64,000 nucleotides of DNA from Candidatus Vogelbacteria bacterium RIFOXYD1_FULL_46_19 (GTDB lineage Bacteria; Patescibacteriota; Minisyncoccia; Phycocordibacterales; XYD1-FULL-46-19). The stretch is taken from contig MHTK01000006.1 of assembly GCA_001824825.1 (NCBI GenBank), forward strand, positions 57,051-121,050, written 5' to 3'. Below, in pieces: positions 1 through 10,122 of this stretch (its first letter is position 1; each line of letters begins with the position of its first letter). Made by a program: the position numbers and the translations under genes. The notes under the pieces are model-generated. The model was not told the origin of the DNA and did not search any database. It saw nothing but the letters and a program-made list of their open reading frames with translations.

Positions 1-384
1 AAAATGCGCGGTATTCGAGATTATGCTTATTTGGTCTTGCGTCAGCATGGTTCGCCGATGCACTTTGAAGAGGTGGCGAAGGGAATTGAAAAACTGTTTG
101 GCAAAAAAGCTCATCCGGCCACTTGTCACAATGAACTCATTAAAGACGAGCGCTTTGTCTTAGTGGGCCGTGGACTCTACGCTTTGTCGGAATGGGGTTA
201 TACTCGCGGCGTTGTGCTGGATGTTATTAAAGAAATATTACGTAAAGAAGGACCCTTGAAACGCGATGACATTATCGCTAAAGTTTTGAAAGAACGACAC
301 GTTAAAGAAAATACTATTTTAGTGAACTTGCAAAGCCCGGCTCACTTTAAAAAAGACCAGAGCGGACGTTATACCTTGGTTTAA
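1..384 (+). CDS. C-terminal part of a winged-HTH (HARE-HTH / RNAP delta-like) protein, probably truncated at the window edge
   Basis: ORF open from the window start; motif HNELIKDERFVLVGRGLYALSEWGY is typical of this conserved family. Confidence 0.65.
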   Translation, partial: KMRGIRDYAYLVLRQHGSPMHFEEVAKGIEKLFGKKAHPATCHNELIKDERFVLVGRGLYALSEWGYTRGVVLDVIKEILRKEGPLKRDDIIAKVLKERHVKENTILVNLQSPAHFKKDQSGRYTLV

Positions 385-425
385 ATTTGGCTAAACACAT
401 CTGTTTCGGGTATTATTAAAGGACC

Positions 426-1661
426 ATGAATAATGGACCGGCCCTTCTTTTAGAATTTTGGCAACTGTGGTACGAATCTCTAGTTCGTATTCCTTTTACT
501 TTGTGGTACATCTTGCCGCCTTTTTTGATAGTAGTCGCCTGGCGGGTCTGGCTCAATTTTAGTCAAGCTCGTTATCTTAAAAATTTAGAGTGGGATTTGT
601 TGGAAATAAAAATTCCGCGCGAGCTACTTAAGTCGCCGCAGGCGATGGAAGTGGTGACCAATATTTTTGCTCAAGGCAATGACGGCACCTTTGTTGACCG
701 CTGGTTTAAAGGTTATGTCCGCTTTTGGTTTTCTTTAGAGATAGCTTCTTTTGGGGGTGAAGTTCATTTTTATGTCCGCACACCGAAAAAATTTAGAAAC
801 GCAGTTGAGTCGCAACTTTACTCTCAGTATCCAGACTCGGAAATTTTTGAAGTACCTGATTACACTTTAGCCGTACCGTACGGCACCAAAGATAGCGACT
901 GGACGCTCTGGGCTGGGACTTTTAAACTAGGTAAGGAGGATTTCTATCCGATTAAAACGTATATTGATTACGGTTTAGATAAAGATCCAAAAGAAGAATT
1001 GAAAGTAGATCCGATTACTCCGGTCATTGAACTATTTGGATCCATCGGAGCAGGGGAACAGCTCTGGATGCAAATTTTAGTCATGGACACTAAAAAACGC
1101 GGGATCCAAGGGTCTCTTTTTAGAAGAGAGGAGTGGAAAGATGCCGCTAAAAAAGAATTAGATAAACTACAAAAACGAGATCAGAAATTAAAAGAGGGAG
1201 ATGTGCCTAATCCGGGGCAATTTACACTGACCCCACAGGAAAAATTTGTAGCGGATGCTATTGCCAGGAGCCTAACTAAACAAGGCTTTGACTGTGGTTA
1301 TAGGGTAGTTTACCTTGCCAAAGAAGATCTTTTCAATCCAGGGATGATTATGGGCCTGTTAGGCACCATTAAGCAGTATAATTCGCCACACTTAAACAGT
1401 TTCAAATTGGATCAGAAAGTCGGCTTTGATTACCCTTGGCAGGACCTGACTGGCCGTCGGGTCAAGCGCCAGCGTTTTGAAATGTTGGATGCTTTTAGAA
1501 AGCGAAGTTACTTTTATGCTCCTTACCAGGCGAAACCGTTTGTTTTAACCTCAGAGGAGCTAGCCACGATCTATCACTACCCAGGTCAAGTGGCCACCAC
1601 TCCCAACCTGGTCCGTATTGAATCCAAGCGAGGCGAACCACCAGCCAATTTACCAATTTAG
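426..1661 (+). CDS. Conserved hypothetical membrane-anchored protein (CPR-type)
   Basis: 411 aa, N-terminal TM segment, motifs LEIKIPRE..KSPQAME, WFSLEI, ELATIYHYP, PPANLP. Confidence 0.6.
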   Translation: MNNGPALLLEFWQLWYESLVRIPFTLWYILPPFLIVVAWRVWLNFSQARYLKNLEWDLLEIKIPRELLKSPQAMEVVTNIFAQGNDGTFVDRWFKGYVRFWFSLEIASFGGEVHFYVRTPKKFRNAVESQLYSQYPDSEIFEVPDYTLAVPYGTKDSDWTLWAGTFKLGKEDFYPIKTYIDYGLDKDPKEELKVDPITPVIELFGSIGAGEQLWMQILVMDTKKRGIQGSLFRREEWKDAAKKELDKLQKRDQKLKEGDVPNPGQFTLTPQEKFVADAIARSLTKQGFDCGYRVVYLAKEDLFNPGMIMGLLGTIKQYNSPHLNSFKLDQKVGFDYPWQDLTGRRVKRQRFEMLDAFRKRSYFYAPYQAKPFVLTSEELATIYHYPGQVATTPNLVRIESKRGEPPANLPI

Positions 1662-1677
1662 TGTTAAAATTTAGTTT

Positions 1678-2742
1678 ATGGATAAAGAAGGTTCGGATTT
1701 ACCCCCGTCTAAAATTGATAGTGACCATTTTTTTTGGCACGGCTTGAAAGAACGAGGTCGGCACTTTGCTAAAAGTCACCACCTGAACCGGTGGCGTAAC
1801 CTCGTCATATCGCTGGGAGTTATTATTTTAGTTGTCCTATTTCTACTCTACTTACTATTTTTACAACCACCACCTGATTTTCCGATAAAAGAATTTGTTA
1901 AAGTCGAAAAGGGTTTAACAATAGAACAAGCCGCTGAGACCTTGGCCGGTACTGGGGTTATAAAATCACCACTCGCCATGAAACTCTGGTATAAGCTTGG
2001 CCTAGCTGGGGAAAGTAACCCGTTGGTGGCGGGGGATTATTTCTTTGAGCATCGCTTACCACTTTGGAGTGTCATAGATCGCTTGGCCACCGGCCACCTC
2101 GGTCTAGAACATGTTCGCATCACCATCCCGGAGGGTCTGACCTTGGTCCAAATAGGAAAACTTTTGGAAGGAAAGTTGTCGGAGTTTAATCGTGCTCGCT
2201 TTACTCTAATTACTAAAGGCTTAGAAGGCTATCTATTCCCAGACACTTATTTCTTCGCCCCTAATGCCACCGAAGATGAAGTGGTAGAAGAAATGCGCGA
2301 GAACTTTGAGCTAAAGATTAAAGACCTTAAACCCGACATAGCTATCTCTGGCCGCACTTTGGAAGAAATAATTACTATGGCATCTATTATAGAAAAAGAA
2401 GCCATCACCCCGGAATCACGTCGGATCATCTCTGGTATCTTATGGAAACGGATCGACACTGGGATGAAACTGCAGGTAGACGCTGTTTTCCCTTACTTTT
2501 TAGGTAAGAATACTTTTGAACTAACCAGGGAAGACTTATGGTTTGATTCCCCTTATAATACTTACCGTTATGAAGGCTTGCCGCCGGCCCCGATTGCGAA
2601 TCCCAGCTTCGATTCAATCGAGTCTTCTCTTTATCCGGAGGAAACGTCTTACTGGTTTTATTTGTCGGATATGAGGAGTCAAATGCATTACGCCCGAACC
2701 CATGATGAACATGTAAAATTTAAGAATCAATATTTAAGGTAA
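1678..2742 (+). CDS. mltG: Endolytic transglycosylase MltG (YceG family)
   Basis: TM anchor; ITIPEG, LEGYLFPDTY, ASIIEKE, SPYNTY..GLPPAPIANP motifs. Confidence 0.93.
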   Translation: MDKEGSDLPPSKIDSDHFFWHGLKERGRHFAKSHHLNRWRNLVISLGVIILVVLFLLYLLFLQPPPDFPIKEFVKVEKGLTIEQAAETLAGTGVIKSPLAMKLWYKLGLAGESNPLVAGDYFFEHRLPLWSVIDRLATGHLGLEHVRITIPEGLTLVQIGKLLEGKLSEFNRARFTLITKGLEGYLFPDTYFFAPNATEDEVVEEMRENFELKIKDLKPDIAISGRTLEEIITMASIIEKEAITPESRRIISGILWKRIDTGMKLQVDAVFPYFLGKNTFELTREDLWFDSPYNTYRYEGLPPAPIANPSFDSIESSLYPEETSYWFYLSDMRSQMHYARTHDEHVKFKNQYLR

Positions 2743-2784
2743 GTGGATAAGGGTAAGAAAAAATTTTTAAAAAACTAAACGAGA

Positions 2785-3339
2785 ATGAAAAAACATAACC
2801 TAGCTTTTATTGATGTGGAAACTACCGGTTTTGATCCCGAGCGACACGAAATTATTGAATTAGGCTGTGTGGTAGCCAAGCAAAGTGAGAGTACTGATAA
2901 CCAAGGTGCCAAACTGCAAGTTCTTCATGAATTGGAGTATAAAATTCAACCACAAAATTTAGCCGCCGCCGATCCGCAGGCTCTACGCATCAACGGCTAC
3001 AATGAGGCTGATTGGCTTTTTGGTGTTTCTTTAGAACAAGCTTTGACAGACCTCTCGGCCAAGGTGGAAGGGGCAACTTTTGTGGCCCACAATGTGATCT
3101 TTGACTGGAATTTTGTCAGCCGGGCTTTTAGTAAAACCGGAGTCAAAAATACGATGCATTATGGGAAGCTAGATACCTTATCGATAGCTTTCGCCCTGCT
3201 TTACCGCGAAGATCGAGTGCAAAGTTTCAAGCTGGAAAGCTTAGCTGAATTTTTCGGAGTGAAAAATGAGAAGGCTCATACAGCCCTCGCGGACGCTCGA
3301 GCCACTATGGAGATTTACAAAAAAATGTTATCTATATAA
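2785..3339 (+). CDS. DEDDh 3'-5' exonuclease (DnaQ-like)
   Basis: ExoI DVETTG, ExoII HNVIFD, ExoIII HTALAD. Confidence 0.9.
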   Translation: MKKHNLAFIDVETTGFDPERHEIIELGCVVAKQSESTDNQGAKLQVLHELEYKIQPQNLAAADPQALRINGYNEADWLFGVSLEQALTDLSAKVEGATFVAHNVIFDWNFVSRAFSKTGVKNTMHYGKLDTLSIAFALLYREDRVQSFKLESLAEFFGVKNEKAHTALADARATMEIYKKMLSI

Positions 3340-3359
3340 ATTAAGTCACGAAAGTTAGA

Positions 3360-3368
3360 TGTGGATAA
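3360..3368 (-). promoter_or_regulatory. Isolated perfect DnaA box
   Basis: TGTGGATAA = reverse complement of TTATCCACA, intergenic. Confidence 0.45.
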
Positions 3369-3444
3369 GCTTAGGTTTTTAGTTTGCTCGAGCTGGCTTT
3401 TACCTTTATGCTTAAGATAATAATAGTTTCAAAATCTTTATTTC

Positions 3445-3744
3445 ATGGATAATTCATCAGCTGGTATACCTATTGAATCAAAAGGAAGGAGAAGCAAATT
3501 TATATTTGGCTTGGTATTTTTACTACTTCTCATTCTAATTGTCATAGTGATTGGAATAGTTAATAGTTACCGAAAAAACTCTGCGACCACAGAAAGTGTT
3601 TCCCAACCCTGGACCTATGAAGAAACTAATGAAGTTTTACAATCAATGCAACAAAAGCCCGAGGGAGATCCGGCTGGATTAAGTGAGAATGAGGTGCAAG
3701 ATATTTTGGAGGCTATGTCTAAAAAGCCAGCTGAGGCTAATTAA
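3445..3744 (+). CDS. Small single-TM hypothetical protein
   Basis: 99 aa, hydrophobic stretch FIFGLVFLLLLILIVIVIGIV. Confidence 0.7.
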   Translation: MDNSSAGIPIESKGRRSKFIFGLVFLLLLILIVIVIGIVNSYRKNSATTESVSQPWTYEETNEVLQSMQQKPEGDPAGLSENEVQDILEAMSKKPAEAN

Positions 3745-3866
3745 GTGGTTATACACCTATACCGCTGGGCTTTAAACTTGACGATAGTATAATGAAGTAG
3801 CGGAAAATAATATTATCGGATCACGGTCTATATTAAATATAATTAATTACCAAATTTAAATATTTT

Positions 3867-5654
3867 ATGAATTCATTTTCTTATAAACTTTTACTACCGG
3901 TAGCGTTTATTGTGTCAATGTTGGGTGTCACCGCTGCCTTCGCCAACTGGACAGCCCCGCCCACCACTCCACCAGCTTGTCCAGCGAGCGAACCGGCTTG
4001 TAACGTACCTTTAAATGTTAGCGCGATAGCTCAGTCAAAATTGAATGGTTTGGTATTAAATACCGGCAATTACATTACTGGTCTGTTGGTTCCATTTGGT
4101 AATAACTCTTTTGGTAGTAATTCTTCTCCTGATCGTCTATTACATTTAGGTAATACTTTAGCCACCACCCGCTTTCCCGCCGTAGAGTTGGTAATAAGAA
4201 AACATTCAGGACGCACTACTGGTGGAGATGCGACGGGTATTGAATTTCAAACAGCTACCCAAAGTGGCGCTATTGGCTATAGTGATATTGGAGGCTTGGT
4301 CTTAGGTGTGGGCAATACTGGAGGCACTTCATCTAAGAGAGGTTTAGTAGTCAGTAATGCCGGTAATGTTGGGGTTGGATTCTGGCCTTGGGATAATAGC
4401 GTTCCTTCATATCTGTTTGAAGTAAAAGGGAACTCCCAACTAACCGGTAATTTGTATATCAAATCGAGCACCGCTCCAACTCCGATGCGCCTATGGCACA
4501 ATGCCAGCGCTACCGCCAATTACGGCCTACAAATCGCCAACGGAGCGACGGCGGTGGCTCAATTTGGACCCACCGGTGCGATTCAATTCCCTCTACTTAC
4601 CCAAGATACCGGGGTCAACCCCAGAGTCATTACTTCTACAGCTGGCGGCTCTTTAGCTTGGCGCAATATTGCGGACCTAGTTAGCGGGGGCACTACTTAC
4701 ACCCAAGGTACTGGAATTTTTGTTAATAACACTACAAAAGTGATTAGTGCGGATAATACCAAAAACTTATGGAATGCCAACCAACTTCAAACCAGAACAG
4801 TTAGTGCCACCGCCCCAGCCAGTGGCCAGGTTCTTAAATGGAATGGTACCGCCTGGGCTCCGGGAACAGATTTACAGGGTACGACGGGTACGACTTATTC
4901 AGCTAGTACTGGTTTAAGCTTGGCGGGAACTATTTTCTCGGCCAGAGTTGCTGAAGCCTTATGGAATGCTAACAAACTCCAAGGAAATACGGTTAGTTCT
5001 GGACTTCCGGCTACCGGTCAAGTTTTAAAGTGGACCGGTAGTACATGGGCTCCGGGGACGGATAACACTGGCGCCGGAGGAGGAGTGAGTCAAATTGTAG
5101 CCGGGACAGGAGTAACAATTTCACCCACTGCTGGTACAGGGGTGGTAACAATTAGTTCAACCGCAACTGGTGGTGGTGAAATCAACACCGCTAGCAACCT
5201 AGGAGCATTGGGAACAGGAATATTTAAAGAAAAAATAGGGGTTGATCTTAAATTCAAAAAACTACGAGCGGATACAGGAATAAACCTAATTGTTGGTTAT
5301 GACGATATTGGGATTAAAAATACCGGCATAACCTCAGTGACGGCTGGAACAGGAATTACCGTGGCAACTAATAACGGGGTTGCCACAATTTCATCAAGTG
5401 GTTCAAGTGTTACACCTGGGCCAGCTGTTTATGAATGCCCCAAAATAGATGTTACCGCTCCTGTAAATGATACTGGTAATGGACCTCCTACCCCTACTGG
5501 CTCAGCTGGTGAAGTTTGTATTTCTCAGTGTGTAGGTCAATTACAAACTGGATCTACTTGTAAAATTTGGAAATATTACTCCAACCCAGATAACACATGT
5601 CCTTATATCTCCTCTAACCAAAACTGTACTCTTAAGGGTAATCTAGTGCTTTAA
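3867..5654 (+). CDS. Secreted Gly/Thr-rich surface protein with tail-fibre-like repeats and a Cys-rich C-terminus
   Basis: Signal peptide; two LWNANxLQ..GQVLKWxGxxWAPGTD repeats; VTAGTG repeats; 6 Cys near the C-terminus. Confidence 0.75.
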   Translation: MNSFSYKLLLPVAFIVSMLGVTAAFANWTAPPTTPPACPASEPACNVPLNVSAIAQSKLNGLVLNTGNYITGLLVPFGNNSFGSNSSPDRLLHLGNTLATTRFPAVELVIRKHSGRTTGGDATGIEFQTATQSGAIGYSDIGGLVLGVGNTGGTSSKRGLVVSNAGNVGVGFWPWDNSVPSYLFEVKGNSQLTGNLYIKSSTAPTPMRLWHNASATANYGLQIANGATAVAQFGPTGAIQFPLLTQDTGVNPRVITSTAGGSLAWRNIADLVSGGTTYTQGTGIFVNNTTKVISADNTKNLWNANQLQTRTVSATAPASGQVLKWNGTAWAPGTDLQGTTGTTYSASTGLSLAGTIFSARVAEALWNANKLQGNTVSSGLPATGQVLKWTGSTWAPGTDNTGAGGGVSQIVAGTGVTISPTAGTGVVTISSTATGGGEINTASNLGALGTGIFKEKIGVDLKFKKLRADTGINLIVGYDDIGIKNTGITSVTAGTGITVATNNGVATISSSGSSVTPGPAVYECPKIDVTAPVNDTGNGPPTPTGSAGEVCISQCVGQLQTGSTCKIWKYYSNPDNTCPYISSNQNCTLKGNLVL

Positions 5655-5668
5655 ATAAATTGGACTTA

Positions 5669-5713
5669 TTTCCATCTAAAAACCACCCAGATTGGGTGGT
5701 TTTTAGATGGAAA
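5669..5713. terminator. Perfect 21-bp inverted repeat, likely intrinsic terminator
   Basis: TTTCCATCTAAAAACCACCCA-gat-TGGGTGGTTTTTAGATGGAAA just after the 5654 stop. Confidence 0.8.
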
Positions 5714-5833
5714 ATTTTTAAATTACCTACCTCTTATTGTACTAAAATTTTATTAGATTCTAAATAACTTTTACCTTGACTCTCAGTTTTATTTGTTGAA
5801 GTAATAAGTGTACAATTAATTTTAAATACATAT

Positions 5834-6898
5834 TTGAAAGATAGAAAACAAAAAGTCTATGTTGGGATGTCGGGCGGAGTAGACTCATCAGTCGCCGCCG
5901 CTTTACTAGTGGAGCAAAACTACGAGGTGACGGGAGTCTTTATCAAAGTCTGGGAGCCGCCCAACTTTTCTTGCACTTGGCGCGACGACCGGCGCGATGC
6001 TATGCGCGTGGCGGCCCAACTAAGTATCCCTTTCATCACTCTGGATTTATCAGCTGAGTATAAACAAGGGGTGGTGGACTATATGATCGCCGAATACCAA
6101 GCCGGGCGTACCCCCAACCCGGATGTCATGTGTAATAAAACCGTTAAATTCGGGGCTTTTTTCAACTGGGCTAGAAATGAAGGGGTCGACTACGTCGCAA
6201 CCGGCCACTACGCCCAAATTATATCAAAGGGCAATCAGTTCGAACTGCACGCCGGCCTCGACCCCACCAAAGATCAAAGCTATTTTTTATGGAGCTTAGC
6301 TCAAACTCATTTGGCTCACACTTTATTTCCCGTCGGCCATTACCCTAAAAAGGAAGTGCGGGCTTTAGCCGAAAAGTTCCAGTTGCCAACCGCGACCAAA
6401 AAAGACAGCCAGGGTTTGTGTTTTATCGGCAAGCTAAATGTGAAAGATTTTTTAAAGAATTTTATTGAAGCCAAGCCGGGTGAAGTGATAACTGAAAGTG
6501 GTGAAGTTGTCGGCCGGCACGATGGGGTTTTCTTTTACACTTTAGGTGAGCGCCATGGCTTTACCGTCACCCAAAAAACGACAGCCGAAAAGCCTTATTA
6601 TATCGTGGCTAAAGATTTGGATCGTAACCGCCTGATTGTGGCCACCGACCCGAAAAGTGAGGAGATGGTCACCAAAACCGCTCGCTTAACCAATACCAAC
6701 TGGAACACTAGCCCTCCGGCGAGCAACAAAACCTATCAAGTTCAATTGCGTTATCACGGCGAGTGCCTACCAGTCACTTTAGCGTCCACGGCCGATGGTT
6801 ATGTAGTCTCGTTTGTAGAACCAGTTCTTGCCACCCCCGGTCAGTCGCTGGTGGTTTACGAGGGTAGCCAGTGCTTAGGTGGGGGAATTATTATTTAA
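5834..6898 (+). CDS. mnmA: tRNA 2-thiouridylase MnmA
   Basis: SGGVDS, TPNPDVMCN, ATGHYA, KDQSYFL, DSQGLCF, PGQSLV. Confidence 0.97.
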   Translation: MKDRKQKVYVGMSGGVDSSVAAALLVEQNYEVTGVFIKVWEPPNFSCTWRDDRRDAMRVAAQLSIPFITLDLSAEYKQGVVDYMIAEYQAGRTPNPDVMCNKTVKFGAFFNWARNEGVDYVATGHYAQIISKGNQFELHAGLDPTKDQSYFLWSLAQTHLAHTLFPVGHYPKKEVRALAEKFQLPTATKKDSQGLCFIGKLNVKDFLKNFIEAKPGEVITESGEVVGRHDGVFFYTLGERHGFTVTQKTTAEKPYYIVAKDLDRNRLIVATDPKSEEMVTKTARLTNTNWNTSPPASNKTYQVQLRYHGECLPVTLASTADGYVVSFVEPVLATPGQSLVVYEGSQCLGGGIII

Positions 6899-6952
6899 GG
6901 GCTACCTTAAGATTTTGCTTAAATCGGCTATTTTGTTTACTATTGGTGGTGT

Positions 6953-8831
6953 ATGGCTAGTACCAAAGACATTAGAAATAAATTTTTAGACTTCTACCGA
7001 GAGCGGGGACACGTAATAATACCTTCCGCCTCCCTAGTACCAGAAAACGATCCGACCACTCTGTTTACCGGTTCCGGGATGCAACCGATGGTCCCATACC
7101 TACTTGGTGAAAGGCACCCGGGGGGGTACCCGCCTGGCTGACTCCCAAAAAGCTTTCCGTTCGGGCGACATTACCGATGTGGGGGACAATCGTCACACTA
7201 CCTTTTTTGAAATGCTCGGCAACTGGTCCTTGGGCGACTATGGCAAAAAAGAGCAGTTACTGTGGATTTTTGATTTTTTAACAGAAGTGGTGGGACTCCC
7301 TCCTGAACGACTGTTTGTGACTGTTTTTGCGGGCGATAAGGTTCATAATTTACCCCAAGATGACGAATCGGCGGCTATTTGGCAAACCTTGTTTAAAACC
7401 AAGAATATCGACGCTGCCACCGCTATTATCGGGAGTGAAGCCGATGGGGCGAAGCGGGGAATCACAAACGAGGAAAGAATTTTCTACTACGACTCCGCCA
7501 AAAACTGGTGGAGTCGGGCCGGTCGGCCGCAAAATATGCCAGTCGGCGAACCCGGTGGACCGGATTCGGAAATTTTCTACCAGTTTCCGGACATTGAACA
7601 CGATTCTAAATTTGGGGAACACTGTCACCCTAATTGTGACTGCGGCCGTTTCTTAGAAATTGGTAACTCCGTTTTTATGGAATATCAAAAAAACGCTGAC
7701 GGTACTTTTCAACCACTGCCCCAAAAGAATGTGGACTTTGGCGGCGGTTTAGAGCGAATTGCCGCCGTGGCTAATTGGCAAGCTGATATTTTCCAGATTG
7801 ATATTTTTGCCGGCTTAATCACTAAACTTGAATCCTTATCGGGTCACCAATATCAAGATCGTAAGCACACGGCCGCTTTTAGAGTGGTAGCTGACCATCT
7901 GCGGGCCGCTACTTTTCTCATTGGAGACGGGGTAGTACCCTCCAATGCCGAGCGGGGCTATTTTGTTCGACGCCTCATCCGCCGAGCGGTTCGCTTTTAT
8001 GACCAGCTAGGTATTACAGCCGGGTCGTTGGCAGACTTGGTGTCCGAACTTCTAGTTTTTTACCACGAAGCTTATCCTGAGATCACAAATCAGACGGAGG
8101 AAATCAAAAAAGTTATAATGGAAGAAGAGCAAAAGTTTCGTCTCACTTTACACCTAGGCTTAAAAGAATTAAAAAAGTCTTTTATCGACGGGCAAATATC
8201 AGGTCTCACCGCTTTTAAATTATTTACCACTTACGGTTTTCCCATTGAGCTCACCACCGAACTGGCAGCGGAAGAGGGTATCACTGTTGATTTGGAACAA
8301 TTTAAAGCGGCCATGACCAAACATCAAGACTTGTCTCGAGCCGGATCCGAACAAAAATTTAAAGGTGGGCTACAAGACACCGGCGCGATGTCGGTCAAGT
8401 ATCATACAGCTACTCACTTGTTGCACCAGGCTTTAGTCAAAGTTCTGGGTAGTGGCGTCAGCCAAAAAGGCTCTAATATCACACCCGAACGGCTACGTTT
8501 TGACTTTACCCATCCCACTAAGCTCACTGACGAGGAGAAGCAAGCAGTGGAAAACTTGGTCAATGAGCAAATAGGGGCGGCCCGACCAGTACAGATGGTC
8601 ACCCTCAGTAAAACCGAGGCGGAAAAAACAGGAGCCCGACACTTTTTTGGCGACAAGTACGGCGAGCAAGTTAACATTTATTATATCGGGAATAGTTTAG
8701 ATAAAGCCTGGTCTAAGGAATTTTGTGGGGGGCCGCACGTTGCTAATACCAGTAATCTAGGCCACTTTAAAATTGTGAAAGAAGAAGCGGTGGCGGCTGG
8801 AGTCAGGCGAATTAAAGCAGTTTTAACTTAA
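6953..8831 (+). CDS. alaS: Alanine--tRNA ligase, short form without the C-Ala domain; frameshifted at the G7 run 7120-7126
   Basis: N-terminus (SLVPENDPTTLFTGSGMQP) in ORF 6953..7141; remainder (HTTFFEMLGNWS, HTATHLL, EFCGGPH, GVRRIKA) in ORF 7104..8831; deleting one G joins them. Confidence 0.92.
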
Positions 8832-8920
8832 AGTTGATCATAGAAGAAACATTCTGACTCGTTAATACCCACTTATAGTTGGGTTTTTAGGCTGTCTGTT
8901 GTTATACTTATATGTAAAGT

Positions 8921-10066
8921 ATGTCACCACTCTTTCAGTCAAAAATAAAAAATGGGCCCCTGATTGTTTTAGAAATTGGCGGTGGCAGTGTGTCGGCCTT
9001 AGTCTTGGCCGACGAGGGATTACCCGAGCGCTCTTTAGTTTGGTCACGTCGCGAACCGCTAGCGTTTGGCAGTCACGAAGATTTTTCCCAGTACTTTCGC
9101 GACACGCTAAAAGTGTTAGACTCCTTACTCAACCAAATCAATCATTTCCACCTAGGCGAGATGGCGGCCGTTCATTGCCTCCTGGCGTCGCCTTGGCATG
9201 TGGCCGAGAGCCGTATCTTAACAGCTAATTGGCCACAACCCCTGTCTGTTACCCCTAAAATTATTGCCAATATGACGGCTCAAAACTTGGCCCGTCACCA
9301 AGCTCGCTTTAAATCAGATGACTTCGAGTTGGCTTTAATTGACGACGTGATCGTCAAAACAGAACTAGATGGTCGGGTATCTAGCAATGTCGACGGTCAA
9401 AAGGCTAGCCAACTAGCGATTACTCATTTCACCAGCAGTACTGACCGCCGCATCCTACAGAAACTGCGAGAAAAAATTAGCCCCCGACTCCACTATCAAG
9501 ATCCCCGTTTTCACTCCAACTTGTTATCTAATTTTGCAGTTACCAAAGCTGCTCTACCCAACCGCGAGAGTTTTATTTTACTGGATGTGAGTGGGGAGTT
9601 GACTGATGTCACTGTGGTATATAATGACAGCATCAGGGGGTTAGCCTCATTCCCGATGGGTAAATATACTATAGCAAGGATGCTAGCCGAAAAATTAGGC
9701 AGTAACCCGAGTGAGATTTATTCTTCTTTAAAGCTAAAGGCTGAGAAAATGCTGGATTTAAAGCATGAACGAGTGTTAGACCGAGCCCTGGAGCCCTTGC
9801 GCCTAGAGTGGCAATATTTACTGGCAGAAACTTTAAAACCCCTAGAGCGGCCTGGTGAACATTTGCCGGTAGTGGTAATCGGCGATGATACTATTTCTCT
9901 AACCATTGGAGAGTGGGCTAAGTCAAGTGCTACGGACAGGCTAGTTACTCACCCAACGGTAACCGACCATGACTATTATGCCGATCTCTGTCATAACTGC
10001 CGTCCCCAGACCAAAGATGTACCTATTTTAATCTCTTCTTTGTTTGCTAACAAATTTTTGATATAA
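8921..10066 (+). CDS. Divergent actin-fold (FtsA/PilM-like) protein
   Basis: LEIGGGSV and LLDVSGELTDV phosphate-loop-like motifs; SFPMGKYTIARMLAE. Confidence 0.55.
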   Translation: MSPLFQSKIKNGPLIVLEIGGGSVSALVLADEGLPERSLVWSRREPLAFGSHEDFSQYFRDTLKVLDSLLNQINHFHLGEMAAVHCLLASPWHVAESRILTANWPQPLSVTPKIIANMTAQNLARHQARFKSDDFELALIDDVIVKTELDGRVSSNVDGQKASQLAITHFTSSTDRRILQKLREKISPRLHYQDPRFHSNLLSNFAVTKAALPNRESFILLDVSGELTDVTVVYNDSIRGLASFPMGKYTIARMLAEKLGSNPSEIYSSLKLKAEKMLDLKHERVLDRALEPLRLEWQYLLAETLKPLERPGEHLPVVVIGDDTISLTIGEWAKSSATDRLVTHPTVTDHDYYADLCHNCRPQTKDVPILISSLFANKFLI

Positions 10067-10122
10067 TCAAATAGACTAAATTTTAACCAAATTGGCGTTT
10101 TACTAATTAATACTTAAATATT

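Noticed and set aside
3360-3368. Replication origin
   Set aside because: DnaA boxes are isolated, not clustered, and dnaA/dnaN are not nearby.
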